Assembly (NCBI GenBank): GCA_003576845.1
Contig: QEVJ01000010.1
Span: forward strand, 706 to 64,705
From: Planctomycetota bacterium
GTDB taxonomy: Bacteria; Planctomycetota; Planctomycetia; Pirellulales; PLA5
Direction of reading: 5' to 3'
DNA: 64,000 nt
Of this stretch, positions 36,289 through 46,063 are shown piece by piece. Positions within the stretch are counted from its first letter, which is position 1, and every line of letters starts with the position of its first letter. The translations under genes and the position numbers were made by a program. Under the pieces are notes generated by a model. The model was not told the origin of the DNA and searched no databases. It saw nothing but the letters and a program-made list of their open reading frames with translations.

Positions 36289-36779
36289 GGCATCACCGCA
36301 GGAATGGTGATTGTGACGATTCCTTTCGCCACGCCTTTTCGACTCGTTCCAAAGAATCTCGTCCAGTAGTTTCGGTCGTTCTCACTGTCAGGGAACAGTG
36401 GGTGTCCCGAATCGTATTCTATCCATTTGTACGAGTCGCAGTTGTGGCTGTCGCGGCGTTCTTCCTGGGATGCCCAGTCTACTGCATCGCGAACGCGTCT
36501 GTCATTGTCGTATAAGGCCGACGAAACGCGAATGAGGATATCCACGTCCTCAGGATCGATCTTCTCCGTTACAAAACTTCCGTCCAGCCAAACCTCCCCA
36601 ACGACGCCGTTTCGGTTGAGCCGTTCCACCAATCCGCAGAGCCCATCCATGATGCCACGGCGCGTGAGCGACTGCGGGAACGCGACGACGAACCGATCCC
36701 GTGCCTCGGCCAAAGTCATCGCGTAGAATCCGCGACCAAAGATCGGCGGGTACTCAAACTTAATCGAATTGGCCCCCAT
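36285..36779 (-). CDS. Minimal Pol-beta-superfamily nucleotidyltransferase (MNT / DUF6932-like)
   Basis: 164 aa, ATG 36779-36777. 'GEVWLDGSFVTEKIDPEDVDILI' has the G-S ... D-x-D nucleotidyltransferase signature. C-terminal 'FFGTSRKGVAKGIVTI'. About 52% GC. Confidence 0.7.
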   Translation of the reverse strand: MGANSIKFEYPPIFGRGFYAMTLAEARDRFVVAFPQSLTRRGIMDGLCGLVERLNRNGVVGEVWLDGSFVTEKIDPEDVDILIRVSSALYDNDRRVRDAVDWASQEERRDSHNCDSYKWIEYDSGHPLFPDSENDRNYWTRFFGTSRKGVAKGIVTITIPAVMP

Positions 36780-36879
36780 AATGGGAGCATGGTAGTTGCG
36801 GTGCTACAGCCGAGTCAACGCTGAACCACGAAAATAAGCAGTCGAAGGCTCGGGCCCGAATTCGCAGTGTCAGCCCGAT

Positions 36880-39800
36880 TCACAGTTGTCTGGTGTCAAG
36901 TCGCTGAAGCAGCGGGCCGGTTGATCGGGCTCGGCGCGCGGCAAATAGGCGGACGGAGGTGAGCGAGTCATCGCCGCCGGTGGCGTTCAGAATGCCGCGG
37001 GTTAATGCCTGATCTATGGCGCTTGTTCCATCGAGCATTGCCCCGGCTCGCGTGCGCTCGGGATAACGACGGATTGCTCGTTCTCCACGTTCGGTTCTAA
37101 TGCGAGCGGTCCGCAAATCCGCGGTGAGTTCGACAACGATCGCCGCGGGCGATTGTGCGGGCGGCGATGGAGCGGGTTCGCCGTTGGGTAGCGTCAAACC
37201 GATGTGGTTCCGCGTCAGCACGGCGTCGACGACGTTGACTAGGCCATTGCCGTCGATGTCGGCGGTGAGCGAATAGCTCGGCGCGGACGCGGTGCGAAAC
37301 GCGGATTTGATCGCGTCGGTCACGTCGGCGAGCGTCGTGCTGCCGCTGGCGTTGTTGTCGCCGGGGAGGATATTGAAGCGGAGGACGAAATCGCCGCCGG
37401 GCGTGCCGTCGCCGGAAGGATACGCGCCGCTCAGATCGCCGTCGAGCGCGACGCCCGCGAGGTTCGTCACGCCGGAGAGCCGCGCGAGCATCCGGTCGAC
37501 GGGGAGATTGGCGGCGGTGGTCCACGTGGCGGTGTTCGTTGCCGGGTTGTACGCGAAACCGCCGTCGCCCGCGCCGTAGTCGCTCGACAACAAGCCGTAC
37601 AGCGCGAGATCGTTCGCGGTGACGTTGACCGGCTCGCTGAACGTGATGCTGATCTGGTCGACGTTGTTCCAGGGCAGCGTCGGGGCGGCAGAGTTGGTGG
37701 CGGCGTGCGGTAAATCGTATCCGCCCGTGCCGAGACCGTCGGCCGCCATGCGGGCGAGAAACTCGGACGTCCAGACGCTGCCGCGGACTTGCGCGCCGAC
37801 GACGGTGGGCGGCGCCACGGACGGGAGCGTATAGGAAACGAGCAGTAGCGGCCGTACGCCGGCTGTCGCGCCTTCGGCCGACGTAAACTCCATCCCGCTT
37901 CCCGCAGTGGCGTCCGAGATGATTAACCCGTTGTTCGGCGCGAGACCGGAAACCCAATCGCCGACGAGCGCCGTGCCCGCCGCGTTGAGCGGGAAGGCGA
38001 GCCGCGCGGGCACCGTGCCGCCGAAGCCGACGCTCGCGAGGACGGTCGTGCCGCGATCGGCCGCGCCGCGAGCGCCCGGCGTTTGCCAATTAACGCCGGT
38101 GGCGGCGACGTTGAAGGTCGCCTGGCTTTCGTTCCATGCGCGGAGGGCTTGGTAGGCCTCGTAGGTGTTCGTCGTGCTGTCGATGATGTTGAGCACCAGC
38201 GAGGCGCGTTGCACTTGCGCCTCGGCCGGAATCGGCGCGAGGTCCCAGCGGATCAGGCCGAGCTCTTCGAGCGGGTTCTGGCCGTCGATGCTGATGGCAT
38301 TGTCGGCGCCGTTCTGCTGGGTTGCGTTGTTCTCGTTTAGCCACGTGTCGGCCGTACCTGTATACGCCCCGCCCGATGAAACGCCGTCTTGCAATTGGGC
38401 GATGTAGAGCGTCTGGCTTTGGGTGCTTTCGGCATCGTCGGCGTTGCGGGCCGACACGCGATATTCGGCGATCGACGCGGCCGAGACACTTACGTCGGTG
38501 TACGTCGGCGTGGTCACCGTGGCGACGAGCGTGCCGCCGCGATAGACACGATAGTCCTTCACGCCGGATTCGGCATCGACGGACGGCGACCAGGAGAGGA
38601 CGAGATTGACGTTGCCGCCGGCGATTGCTTCGGCGACCGACAGACCCGTCGGCACGCTCGGCGGCGTCTGGTCCGTGCCGATCGAGACGGGATCGGATGG
38701 GGCACTTTCAAAGCCATCGCCGTTGACCGCCGACACGCGGTACGCATAGCGGACGCCGGGCGACGCCGTCGGATCGCTGAACGCGAACGTCGGCGACGTG
38801 CCGAGGAGCACGCCGTTGCGATAGACGTTGTAGTGGTTGACGCCCGACTGAGGGTCGGTCGAGGCGTCCCACGTGAGGTCGTTGTGCGTAGGCGACACGG
38901 GCGTGAGCTGCAAGTTCTGCGGAACACCGGGCGGGGTCGTGTCCAGCGTCACGCCCGGCGAGGGCTGTGCGAAGAACTGATACGCCGTGCCTCCGTCGGG
39001 AAAGACGCCCTGCGATTGGTCGAGCCGCTGCGGGCCGTAGATTACGTGGTCGAGCCGCGTCGCGCCGTCGGTTGAGAACAGGCCGATTTCGCCCTGCTCG
39101 TGCGCGAGGCGGAAGCTGACGTGATCCGCGCCGCGATCGACGTCCTCGTCGGCGGTGAAGACGGTCGGCGAAAGCGGGGCGACGAAACTGAGCGGGGCGA
39201 TCTCGAACTTCGTCCGGCCGGCGACGATATCGTCCGTCAAGTGCAAACCACCGAGCGCGACTGGAAGCGTATCGGCGTTGTACAACTCGATGAAATCATT
39301 GGTATGGGGTTCACCGCCGAGCACGTACTGGCCCGCGGTGAACCATTCGTTAATGTTGAGGTTGCGCGCGTCGCCGGTTTGCTGGGCGACGTTGGCCGCG
39401 CCGAACGACGGTTGGGCAAGGCCCCAGTCGCCGTTGTGTCCGAGCCGGGCGATCGAATAGTCGGCAATTTGCACGCCGAACTCGACGCTGTCGACGAGAT
39501 CGCCGCCCGCGGCCGGCGCGGCGAACAGGTATACGCCGTCGCCCTCGTTGGCCTTGAGGCCGAAGCCCACGTGAATTTCGCCCGACGCGCTGGGCAAGTC
39601 GTCGCCATGAAGCACGAGGTAGGCGAGAGCGGGAATCGACGTTCCGGCGGGAAACACGAACTTCCGCGGATTGTTCGGATTGTCGCTGATACTCATGTCC
39701 GACAGATCGAACGCCGCGGCGCCGGGATTGTAAAGCTCGATCAAGTCGGAAGTCGTGCCGAGCGTGCCGGTGGCGTTGCTCGCGAGGACTTCGCTGAGCT

Positions 39801-42800
39801 CGACGCGGTGGAGCGAAGTGTCGACGGTCCACATTTTCGATGCGGTGGGATTAGTCTGTAACTCGCCGGCGAAATTGCGGCCGCGGACCTCGACGGTGTG
39901 CGGGCCATTCGATAGACCGGTAAGCGGCAGATCGACGATCCGCGTCTTGGCGGGATTGGAGAGGTTGGCGCGAGGATCGAGGATCGTGATTTCGTTGCTC
40001 CACGGCCCGCCGTCGACGCGATAGACGAACGACAGCACGCCGGGTCCGCCGATGCGGAGCGTGGCGCTTGTGGACGAGGTGATTGCCGGCGGCTCTCCCG
40101 AAATCGACGCGCCGCCGGGGACGAGCGCGCCCATGTCGATGCCATTTGGACCCGTGCCGATGGCGGGCGAGCCGGGACCAAGGCGATAGTCGCGGCCCGT
40201 ACGGTCCGAGAACCGCGGGTCGCCGACGACGTAATCGAACACGCGGCCTTGCTGGCCATCGGCGTTGGCGAGTACCGCGGCGTTCGGCACGAGCGTGTCG
40301 TGGACTTCGATTACCTGCGGCGTGAGGGGGTATTGGGTTTGATTGTTGTGTACGAAATCGACGTGTCCGAACACGGTTTCCGGGATGCCGACGAAGATGT
40401 TGCCCGCCGTGTACGTGCCTAAGCCGGGCGGCCAGTCGCGCGGTGCGCCGCCGGTTGGGTTCGTCTCATTCGGAATCAAGTAATTGATCGCCGAGAACTC
40501 GAGCATCCGCGAGGGCGGATCGGTCGGCAGCGACAACCGCGGCGCGGCGACGTCGACGACTGTGTTGTTCTCGAAGTAGCCGTAGGAACCGGTCTTGAAG
40601 TTCGCGACGTGGTCGATCTTGGTGAACTGATTGCGGACGATCATGGCGACGGTCGTTTCGGTGTCGCCGGTGGTGATGATGTTCGAGTCGCCGGTGCCGT
40701 CGTTGTCGATGTCCTTTTGGAAATCGCCGACGATGTTTGCCTCGAACAGGAAGTCGCCGCCGCCGTCTTGCGCTTCATCGCCCGTGCCGAGGAAGACGTT
40801 GTTGCGTATGACGAGAATCGGGTTGGGCCACTGCTCGCTGTCGACGTCGATGTTGTCGTTGTGCCCCCGGTTGCGGCCGATGACGTTGTTTTCGATGATG
40901 AAGTGTCCGCCGGCGGGGATTCCACCTTCGCCCTTGATGTGCTCGGCGATGTTGTCGATGGCCGGCGTCATCGATTGCGGATGCCCCGCCGGGCAATCGC
41001 AGTTCTCGAACATGTCGTAGAGCACGGAGTTGCGAATGATGATCGACGAGGCGTTGGCGTAGATCCACCGCAGGTGCGAGCCGAAGTTGGTGATGTCGTC
41101 GAGCACGAGTTGCCCGCCGCCCACGACGCCGATCGAGCCGTCGTTGGCCGCGGTGCTGGGTTGGGCGAATTCGAAGTCGGCGTGCGAAACGATATTCAGC
41201 GGCGAATTCGACCCGGCGACGTGCAGCCCGCCCCAGTGCGGCGGGGCGAGACCAAGCTCGGGGCGAATGTCGGCCACTTGCGCCGTGCCGGGAGTCGTCG
41301 AGAAGCGAATCCGCTGATGCGGCGTGCCCTGGGCGTCGATGATTCCGTTCACCGTCATCCGTACGCCGGCGTCAAAGAACACGCTCGTGCCCGGCAGGAT
41401 GTGGAGCGTCGATCCGGCGGGGACGGTGACGTTGCCGGTGACGCGGTAGGGCCCGTTCTGCGGCGACCAGGTGATGTCGCCGGTCAGGTTTCCGCCGGGC
41501 ACGATCGTGCCACCGCCGGCGGTGAGCTCCTGGGCGGTCATCGTGAAATCGAAGCTGACGTCCGAACTGCCCGGATCGTCCTGATGGACTTCGACGGCGA
41601 TCGTGTTGACGCCGTCGTGGAGCAGGTTGGCCCATTGCGGCAGCGAGAGATCGAGCGTGCGCGAAGATTGAGTGTTCTCGCCGCCGGCGCTCGCCGGAGT
41701 GGTGTTGCCGATCGCCGCGGGGGCTGCGGGCATGTTGAAGCGGTCGACTTCCGTGCCGTTGATGTAGACGACCGCGCCGTCGTCGTAAGTGATCGTGAAC
41801 GACAGTGAGTCGAACTTTGCCGCGTCGCCGGGGGCTATGTTGAACGCGTGGCGGAAGTAATAGGCGAGATACTTGTTGGTTTGCCCCGCGCCGCCGGGTG
41901 CGCATTCGTTGCCCGCAGCGGGACCGCAGTCGATGATCGTAGCCTGGTCGTTTTCACCGTAGCCGAGTTGGGCGGGACCGGATGCCCAAGCCGAATCGTC
42001 GTAATCGTCCTCGCGCCACGTGTCGCCCTGCGCGCCGTTGGGCGGAAGGATGCCGTCGTCGTGATATTTCCACACGGAGCCGAGCGGCACGCTGACCGAC
42101 GCTCCCGTGGCGCCGCTGGACGTGTCGTACCAGATGTCGATGTGCGTCGCGCCGATGCGGTTGCCCGTGCCGGCCGGTCCGTCGAACGCTTCGACGACGA
42201 CGCGGTTGACGCCCGGATTGAGCGGCACGCTGGGAGCGGACCACGTTCCCTGCCGCGTCGAGATCGTCGCCGGCGCTCCGTTGACCAGCACGCTGTACGT
42301 GTCAATTGCGTCGATCTCTCCAGAGAGCGCCGCGGTGTTGCTCGTGGTGCGGCGGAGCCGATTCCACGCCGAGTCGAGCGGCAACGTGCTGGCGACCGTT
42401 AGTTGCTCGTTGAGCTGCGTCGAGAAGATCCAGTCGATACGTGCCGCCATGAACGACTTCATGCCGTCGATCACGGATTGCGGCACGAACCCGCCGAGCG
42501 CGTTGTCCAACAGCGGCCCGAACTCGCCGGGCGAGAGGACCGTAGCCGCCAGATCGCGCAAATGCTGCAAATAGCGCGGGGCGAACGCGGGATGCGTGAG
42601 CAGCCGGTCGATCGCAGGCACGCCCGTCGCGCCCCAAATGCTGTTTTCGTCGGGATCGACCGGTGTGTTGCCGCGGCCAAGCAGCGTATCGAGATCGCGC
42701 GGCACGAGCTTGAACCGGGTGTCGGTCACGCCGCGATAGAGCGCGTAATCGTCGCCGATGCCGCTCTGCAAGCCGGACTCGTCATTCGACAACAGTGCAT

Positions 42801-45800
42801 CGAGTGCGAGGTATCGCAACCACTGGTCGACGTCGATGACTTGAGCAATGTCGGCGGCGAACGTCGCATCGGGCGCGTTTGTAAACACGTTGGTCAACTG
42901 GATCAGGTCCGCCCAATCGTCCTCGGCTTCGTTCGTGCCCTTGGGATAGACCTTGCGATAGGCGTCCGGATTCAGGCCCAAGTAGGCGAAGTCGGCTTCG
43001 ACGTCGGGGCTGGGCCGCACGTCGCGGACGGCGCGGTACAGATTGCCGTTGCCGTCGCTGGGGAAATGCTCGTCCGTAAGGTCGGCGTCGAACGCTTCGA
43101 GATGGATGTACGAGCCGTAGTGGGGCGCCTGGCCCGGCGTGAGCTGCGTCGTGCCGTTGATCCGCAACTGTACCGCGCGGGCGTCGGCGGCAACCAGGCC
43201 CGCGGCGGTCCAGAGCACGCTGCCGGCCAGTTGCGACTCGGTGTCGCGGGCGTTGAGCGTAATCGCCGAGCGGCCGTCGAGCGTGTTGTCCGTCGGCACG
43301 TTGACGCGGTAGTTGTTGTAGCGGTTTTGAGCGGGAATCGTCACCCGCGTGTTGTTGCCGCGGAGGCGGACGCCCGTCGTGTAGCGAACCTCGGTCTCGA
43401 CCGTGCTCGAAGCGATGAACGTGGCATTGAACTGGGCGTCACTACGGGCGTCGCACCGGGCGTTCAAGTCCATGATGTTGGCGCAGGTCGCCGGCGAACC
43501 GAGCGCGTCGAGTTCCGCCTTGTCGGCGGCGGTCATTACGATGCGATAGTACGGCTGGTTCGTGCCGTCGGTGATGTTGTCGATCTGATAGAGCGCGTTC
43601 GCCGATTGGGCCGTTGGCCCTCCGCCGTATGCGTTCGACGCGATGAGCGCGGCAAGTTCGGCCGCGGCGAGTGGGCCGTCGAAGATGTAGGCTTCGTCGA
43701 GTTGGCCCTCGAAACCACCGGCGGCGCTGCCCGATTCGCTCACCGTCGCGCCGAGCGTGGTCCGTTGCGTGCTTTCCCAGTTTGGCGTGCGGCCGACGAC
43801 GAGCGAGCCTTCGAGATTGCCGTCGAGGTAGAGCCGTAGCGTCGTGCCGTCGTAGCTCGCCGCGGCATGATGCCAGACGTTGTCGGTCACGGCGGTGCCG
43901 CCGATGAGCGGATGGTTTGTCCCGGGATTGGCGGTCGAAACGTGTTCCTCGAAGTCAGCGGCAAGGACCCAATTGCCGGCGGACTGCGTGAGGCCAAGGA
44001 AGTAGTTGATGTCGGAGAGCACGCCGTCGGCGTCATTGTCGCGGCCCTTGGCGATGAGCGGTTCGGCGACGATACCGCCCGTGCCGGTGCTGACAGTGAC
44101 GCCATTGCCCGTGCGGCGGAACCAGGTGGCGAGCGTGAACGCTTCCAGACCGAGCGGCGGCGTTGGTGCGACGCGCGGTTCGACCACCACCCGGTCGTCG
44201 CTGCCGTCGAGATTAACCGCGGCGCCGAACTGTCCGGCGGGCGTGAACGAGGCGCCGTCGGTGAGGCGACCTTCGTTGCCGTTGCCGGATAGATCGACCG
44301 TGCGCGTGCCGACGCCTTCGGAGAACGACCACTGGCCAACGACGTTCGGGCCGAGTTGCGCGGGGGCGGGCCACGTGCGGGCGTTCGACGCCGCATCGGT
44401 CGCGCGGACGTAATATTCGATCACGTCGAGGTCGACGAGCGATCGCGAAAAGTCGCCGCTGGCGAGTGGATTGAGCGTCGCGCCGTATTCGCCGTCGCCG
44501 GCCGAGCCGTCGCCGTGCAAGCCGTCATCGAACATTGGCTTGGACGCGAACGACGCCGCGCCGTCGATGCGATAGAACAGCGTCGCGGCGAGGCCGGTCG
44601 TCATTTCGTCGCTGATCCGGGCCGTGACCGTGACGATTTCCGTGGAACTTGGCACGGCGGGCGTTTGTTGCACGTTGCGGATGAGCGGTGCGACGTCGGT
44701 GTCGGCGGTCGAGTTGGCCGCGCCGGGCGTGCCGCCGCGCGTGCTCGCCGCCCAATTCTGGCCGTTGTTGTTCGACAGCGCGAGGCTGATGCGTTCGAGT
44801 GAACTGCCGCCGCCGTCGGCCGCAGTGTCCCAGATCCAGCCGCGGTGATTGTGATCGAGCGGACCGCGGCGGCGCACCGCCCAATCGCCTTCGTCGGCAT
44901 AGCGGACCTGGTCGATGCGGTCGCCGGCGGCGTTGCGGAGGTCGATTTGCTCGCCGGAGTTCGAGAGTTCGCCGGCCCAGCCGCCGATGACGTTGGCGAC
45001 GCCGGGACGAGCGGCCCCAAACGCGGCGACGTTCGCGGCCACGACGAGATAGCCGCCGGCGATGAGCGACGTTCCCGCGGGAAAAGTGTAGTCGGCGGCG
45101 TCGGCAAATCGCCATCCGGACAGGTCGACGGTTATGTTGCTGCGGTTAAAAAGCTCGACGTACTCCTCGCTCGGCGTGTTGCCCAGCGGATGGTACATGA
45201 TCTCGGTGATGACGACATCGGCGGTCGGGTCGCTCGTCGTGGGGCCGGCGTTTGCCGCGCCGGGCGTCGGCGCGAGGAAGTAGGTCTCGTCCGTCGTGCC
45301 GGTCACCAGGCCATAAGACACGTCGGCGTATTGCTGCGGAAACTGGCCGCCGGCGCTCGTGAACGCCTGCGCGATGGTCGCGGCGTCGGGCGCGACAAGG
45401 GCCAGAAACTCGCCGTCGTTGTCGAGGCGGAAGTTCGTGTGCAGCGGCTGGCCCGGATCGGCGCGGTTCTGGTTCGATGCGAACACGACAAGGTACGCCC
45501 CGGGATCGAGCATCACGGCCGGAAACGTCCACTTGCCGAGGTTGTTGTCGTTGTCCGTCAGATGCCAGCCGGCGAGGCTCAGCGGGGCCGGATCGGGGTT
45601 GTGGATTTCGATCCAATCGGAGAACGCGCCGTCGTTGTCGGCGAGCGTGGCCGTGTTCTCGGCCATGAACTCCGTGATGATCGGAGTGCCCGCGAGCAGG
45701 ATTCGCGGTTCCGGCGATTCAAGGAGGAGTCGACGCCGGCGGCGCGACGTGCGGCGAACGGCGGACTTGCGCGAGAGAGGGCGAGGCGTAGAAATCGAAC

Positions 45801-45834
45801 GCGAACCGTGAGGGAGAGGACTCTCGGCTGACAT
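36880..45834 (-). CDS. Giant secreted surface protein: lamin-tail (LTD) domains, LamG, CotH kinase-like domain, parallel beta-helix, FN3 repeats, C-terminal dockerin-like repeat
   Basis: ATG 45834-45832, with the frame open to TTG 45885. N-terminal 'RRRRRLLLESPEPRILLAG'. LTD: 'VITEIMYHP...EYVELFN', seen 3 or more times. CotH-like 'LEAFDADLTDEHFPSDGNGNLYRA'. 'NNVIGRNRGHNDNIDVD' suggests a beta-helix. FN3: 'PPGVPQNLQLTPVSPTHNDLTWDAS'. Dockerin-like 'DIDGNGLVNVVDAVLTRNHIG'. Confidence 0.85.
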   Translation of the reverse strand: MSAESPLPHGSRSISTPRPLSRKSAVRRTSRRRRRLLLESPEPRILLAGTPIITEFMAENTATLADNDGAFSDWIEIHNPDPAPLSLAGWHLTDNDNNLGKWTFPAVMLDPGAYLVVFASNQNRADPGQPLHTNFRLDNDGEFLALVAPDAATIAQAFTSAGGQFPQQYADVSYGLVTGTTDETYFLAPTPGAANAGPTTSDPTADVVITEIMYHPLGNTPSEEYVELFNRSNITVDLSGWRFADAADYTFPAGTSLIAGGYLVVAANVAAFGAARPGVANVIGGWAGELSNSGEQIDLRNAAGDRIDQVRYADEGDWAVRRRGPLDHNHRGWIWDTAADGGGSSLERISLALSNNNGQNWAASTRGGTPGAANSTADTDVAPLIRNVQQTPAVPSSTEIVTVTARISDEMTTGLAATLFYRIDGAASFASKPMFDDGLHGDGSAGDGEYGATLNPLASGDFSRSLVDLDVIEYYVRATDAASNARTWPAPAQLGPNVVGQWSFSEGVGTRTVDLSGNGNEGRLTDGASFTPAGQFGAAVNLDGSDDRVVVEPRVAPTPPLGLEAFTLATWFRRTGNGVTVSTGTGGIVAEPLIAKGRDNDADGVLSDINYFLGLTQSAGNWVLAADFEEHVSTANPGTNHPLIGGTAVTDNVWHHAAASYDGTTLRLYLDGNLEGSLVVGRTPNWESTQRTTLGATVSESGSAAGGFEGQLDEAYIFDGPLAAAELAALIASNAYGGGPTAQSANALYQIDNITDGTNQPYYRIVMTAADKAELDALGSPATCANIMDLNARCDARSDAQFNATFIASSTVETEVRYTTGVRLRGNNTRVTIPAQNRYNNYRVNVPTDNTLDGRSAITLNARDTESQLAGSVLWTAAGLVAADARAVQLRINGTTQLTPGQAPHYGSYIHLEAFDADLTDEHFPSDGNGNLYRAVRDVRPSPDVEADFAYLGLNPDAYRKVYPKGTNEAEDDWADLIQLTNVFTNAPDATFAADIAQVIDVDQWLRYLALDALLSNDESGLQSGIGDDYALYRGVTDTRFKLVPRDLDTLLGRGNTPVDPDENSIWGATGVPAIDRLLTHPAFAPRYLQHLRDLAATVLSPGEFGPLLDNALGGFVPQSVIDGMKSFMAARIDWIFSTQLNEQLTVASTLPLDSAWNRLRRTTSNTAALSGEIDAIDTYSVLVNGAPATISTRQGTWSAPSVPLNPGVNRVVVEAFDGPAGTGNRIGATHIDIWYDTSSGATGASVSVPLGSVWKYHDDGILPPNGAQGDTWREDDYDDSAWASGPAQLGYGENDQATIIDCGPAAGNECAPGGAGQTNKYLAYYFRHAFNIAPGDAAKFDSLSFTITYDDGAVVYINGTEVDRFNMPAAPAAIGNTTPASAGGENTQSSRTLDLSLPQWANLLHDGVNTIAVEVHQDDPGSSDVSFDFTMTAQELTAGGGTIVPGGNLTGDITWSPQNGPYRVTGNVTVPAGSTLHILPGTSVFFDAGVRMTVNGIIDAQGTPHQRIRFSTTPGTAQVADIRPELGLAPPHWGGLHVAGSNSPLNIVSHADFEFAQPSTAANDGSIGVVGGGQLVLDDITNFGSHLRWIYANASSIIIRNSVLYDMFENCDCPAGHPQSMTPAIDNIAEHIKGEGGIPAGGHFIIENNVIGRNRGHNDNIDVDSEQWPNPILVIRNNVFLGTGDEAQDGGGDFLFEANIVGDFQKDIDNDGTGDSNIITTGDTETTVAMIVRNQFTKIDHVANFKTGSYGYFENNTVVDVAAPRLSLPTDPPSRMLEFSAINYLIPNETNPTGGAPRDWPPGLGTYTAGNIFVGIPETVFGHVDFVHNNQTQYPLTPQVIEVHDTLVPNAAVLANADGQQGRVFDYVVGDPRFSDRTGRDYRLGPGSPAIGTGPNGIDMGALVPGGASISGEPPAITSSTSATLRIGGPGVLSFVYRVDGGPWSNEITILDPRANLSNPAKTRIVDLPLTGLSNGPHTVEVRGRNFAGELQTNPTASKMWTVDTSLHRVELSEVLASNATGTLGTTSDLIELYNPGAAAFDLSDMSISDNPNNPRKFVFPAGTSIPALAYLVLHGDDLPSASGEIHVGFGLKANEGDGVYLFAAPAAGGDLVDSVEFGVQIADYSIARLGHNGDWGLAQPSFGAANVAQQTGDARNLNINEWFTAGQYVLGGEPHTNDFIELYNADTLPVALGGLHLTDDIVAGRTKFEIAPLSFVAPLSPTVFTADEDVDRGADHVSFRLAHEQGEIGLFSTDGATRLDHVIYGPQRLDQSQGVFPDGGTAYQFFAQPSPGVTLDTTPPGVPQNLQLTPVSPTHNDLTWDASTDPQSGVNHYNVYRNGVLLGTSPTFAFSDPTASPGVRYAYRVSAVNGDGFESAPSDPVSIGTDQTPPSVPTGLSVAEAIAGGNVNLVLSWSPSVDAESGVKDYRVYRGGTLVATVTTPTYTDVSVSAASIAEYRVSARNADDAESTQSQTLYIAQLQDGVSSGGAYTGTADTWLNENNATQQNGADNAISIDGQNPLEELGLIRWDLAPIPAEAQVQRASLVLNIIDSTTNTYEAYQALRAWNESQATFNVAATGVNWQTPGARGAADRGTTVLASVGFGGTVPARLAFPLNAAGTALVGDWVSGLAPNNGLIISDATAGSGMEFTSAEGATAGVRPLLLVSYTLPSVAPPTVVGAQVRGSVWTSEFLARMAADGLGTGGYDLPHAATNSAAPTLPWNNVDQISITFSEPVNVTANDLALYGLLSSDYGAGDGGFAYNPATNTATWTTAANLPVDRMLARLSGVTNLAGVALDGDLSGAYPSGDGTPGGDFVLRFNILPGDNNASGSTTLADVTDAIKSAFRTASAPSYSLTADIDGNGLVNVVDAVLTRNHIGLTLPNGEPAPSPPAQSPAAIVVELTADLRTARIRTERGERAIRRYPERTRAGAMLDGTSAIDQALTRGILNATGGDDSLTSVRLFAARRARSTGPLLQRLDTRQL

Positions 45835-45977
45835 ACGTGGGACGTTCCTGGGGAATAGGCGGGCGTGAGCTTGCGCGGCAGGCAAGCGCGCCCGAGAGTG
45901 ATAATCAAAGCGGGACGGTCAAAGCGGGTCGGACAACGGCGGTCCTTGTGCGTTGTCGGGGCGCATTCTTGTGTCGG

Positions 45978-46063
45978 GCGCCACTGCCGGCTTGTCCAGC
46001 GGTGTGATTTGCAAGCGAACCTCAACCGGCAACTCTCACTGCTGGACAAGCCGGCAGTGGCAC
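45978..46063. repeat. Conserved double-hairpin element, copy 1 (CACTGC[CT]GG...CCAGC[AG]GTG type)
   Basis: Arm 45978-46004 is gcgccactgccggcttgtccagcggtg. Spacer of 32 nt. Arm 46037-46063 is cactgctggacaagccggcagtggcac. The arms are reverse complements at 25 of 27 positions, and each arm is itself a small hairpin. Confidence 0.85.

Noticed and set aside
36780-36880. Possible promoter for the NTase cassette (minus strand TTGACT ... TACCAT)
   Set aside because: The 18-nt spacer and poor -10 hexamer are not convincing. Read-through from the giant gene cannot be excluded.
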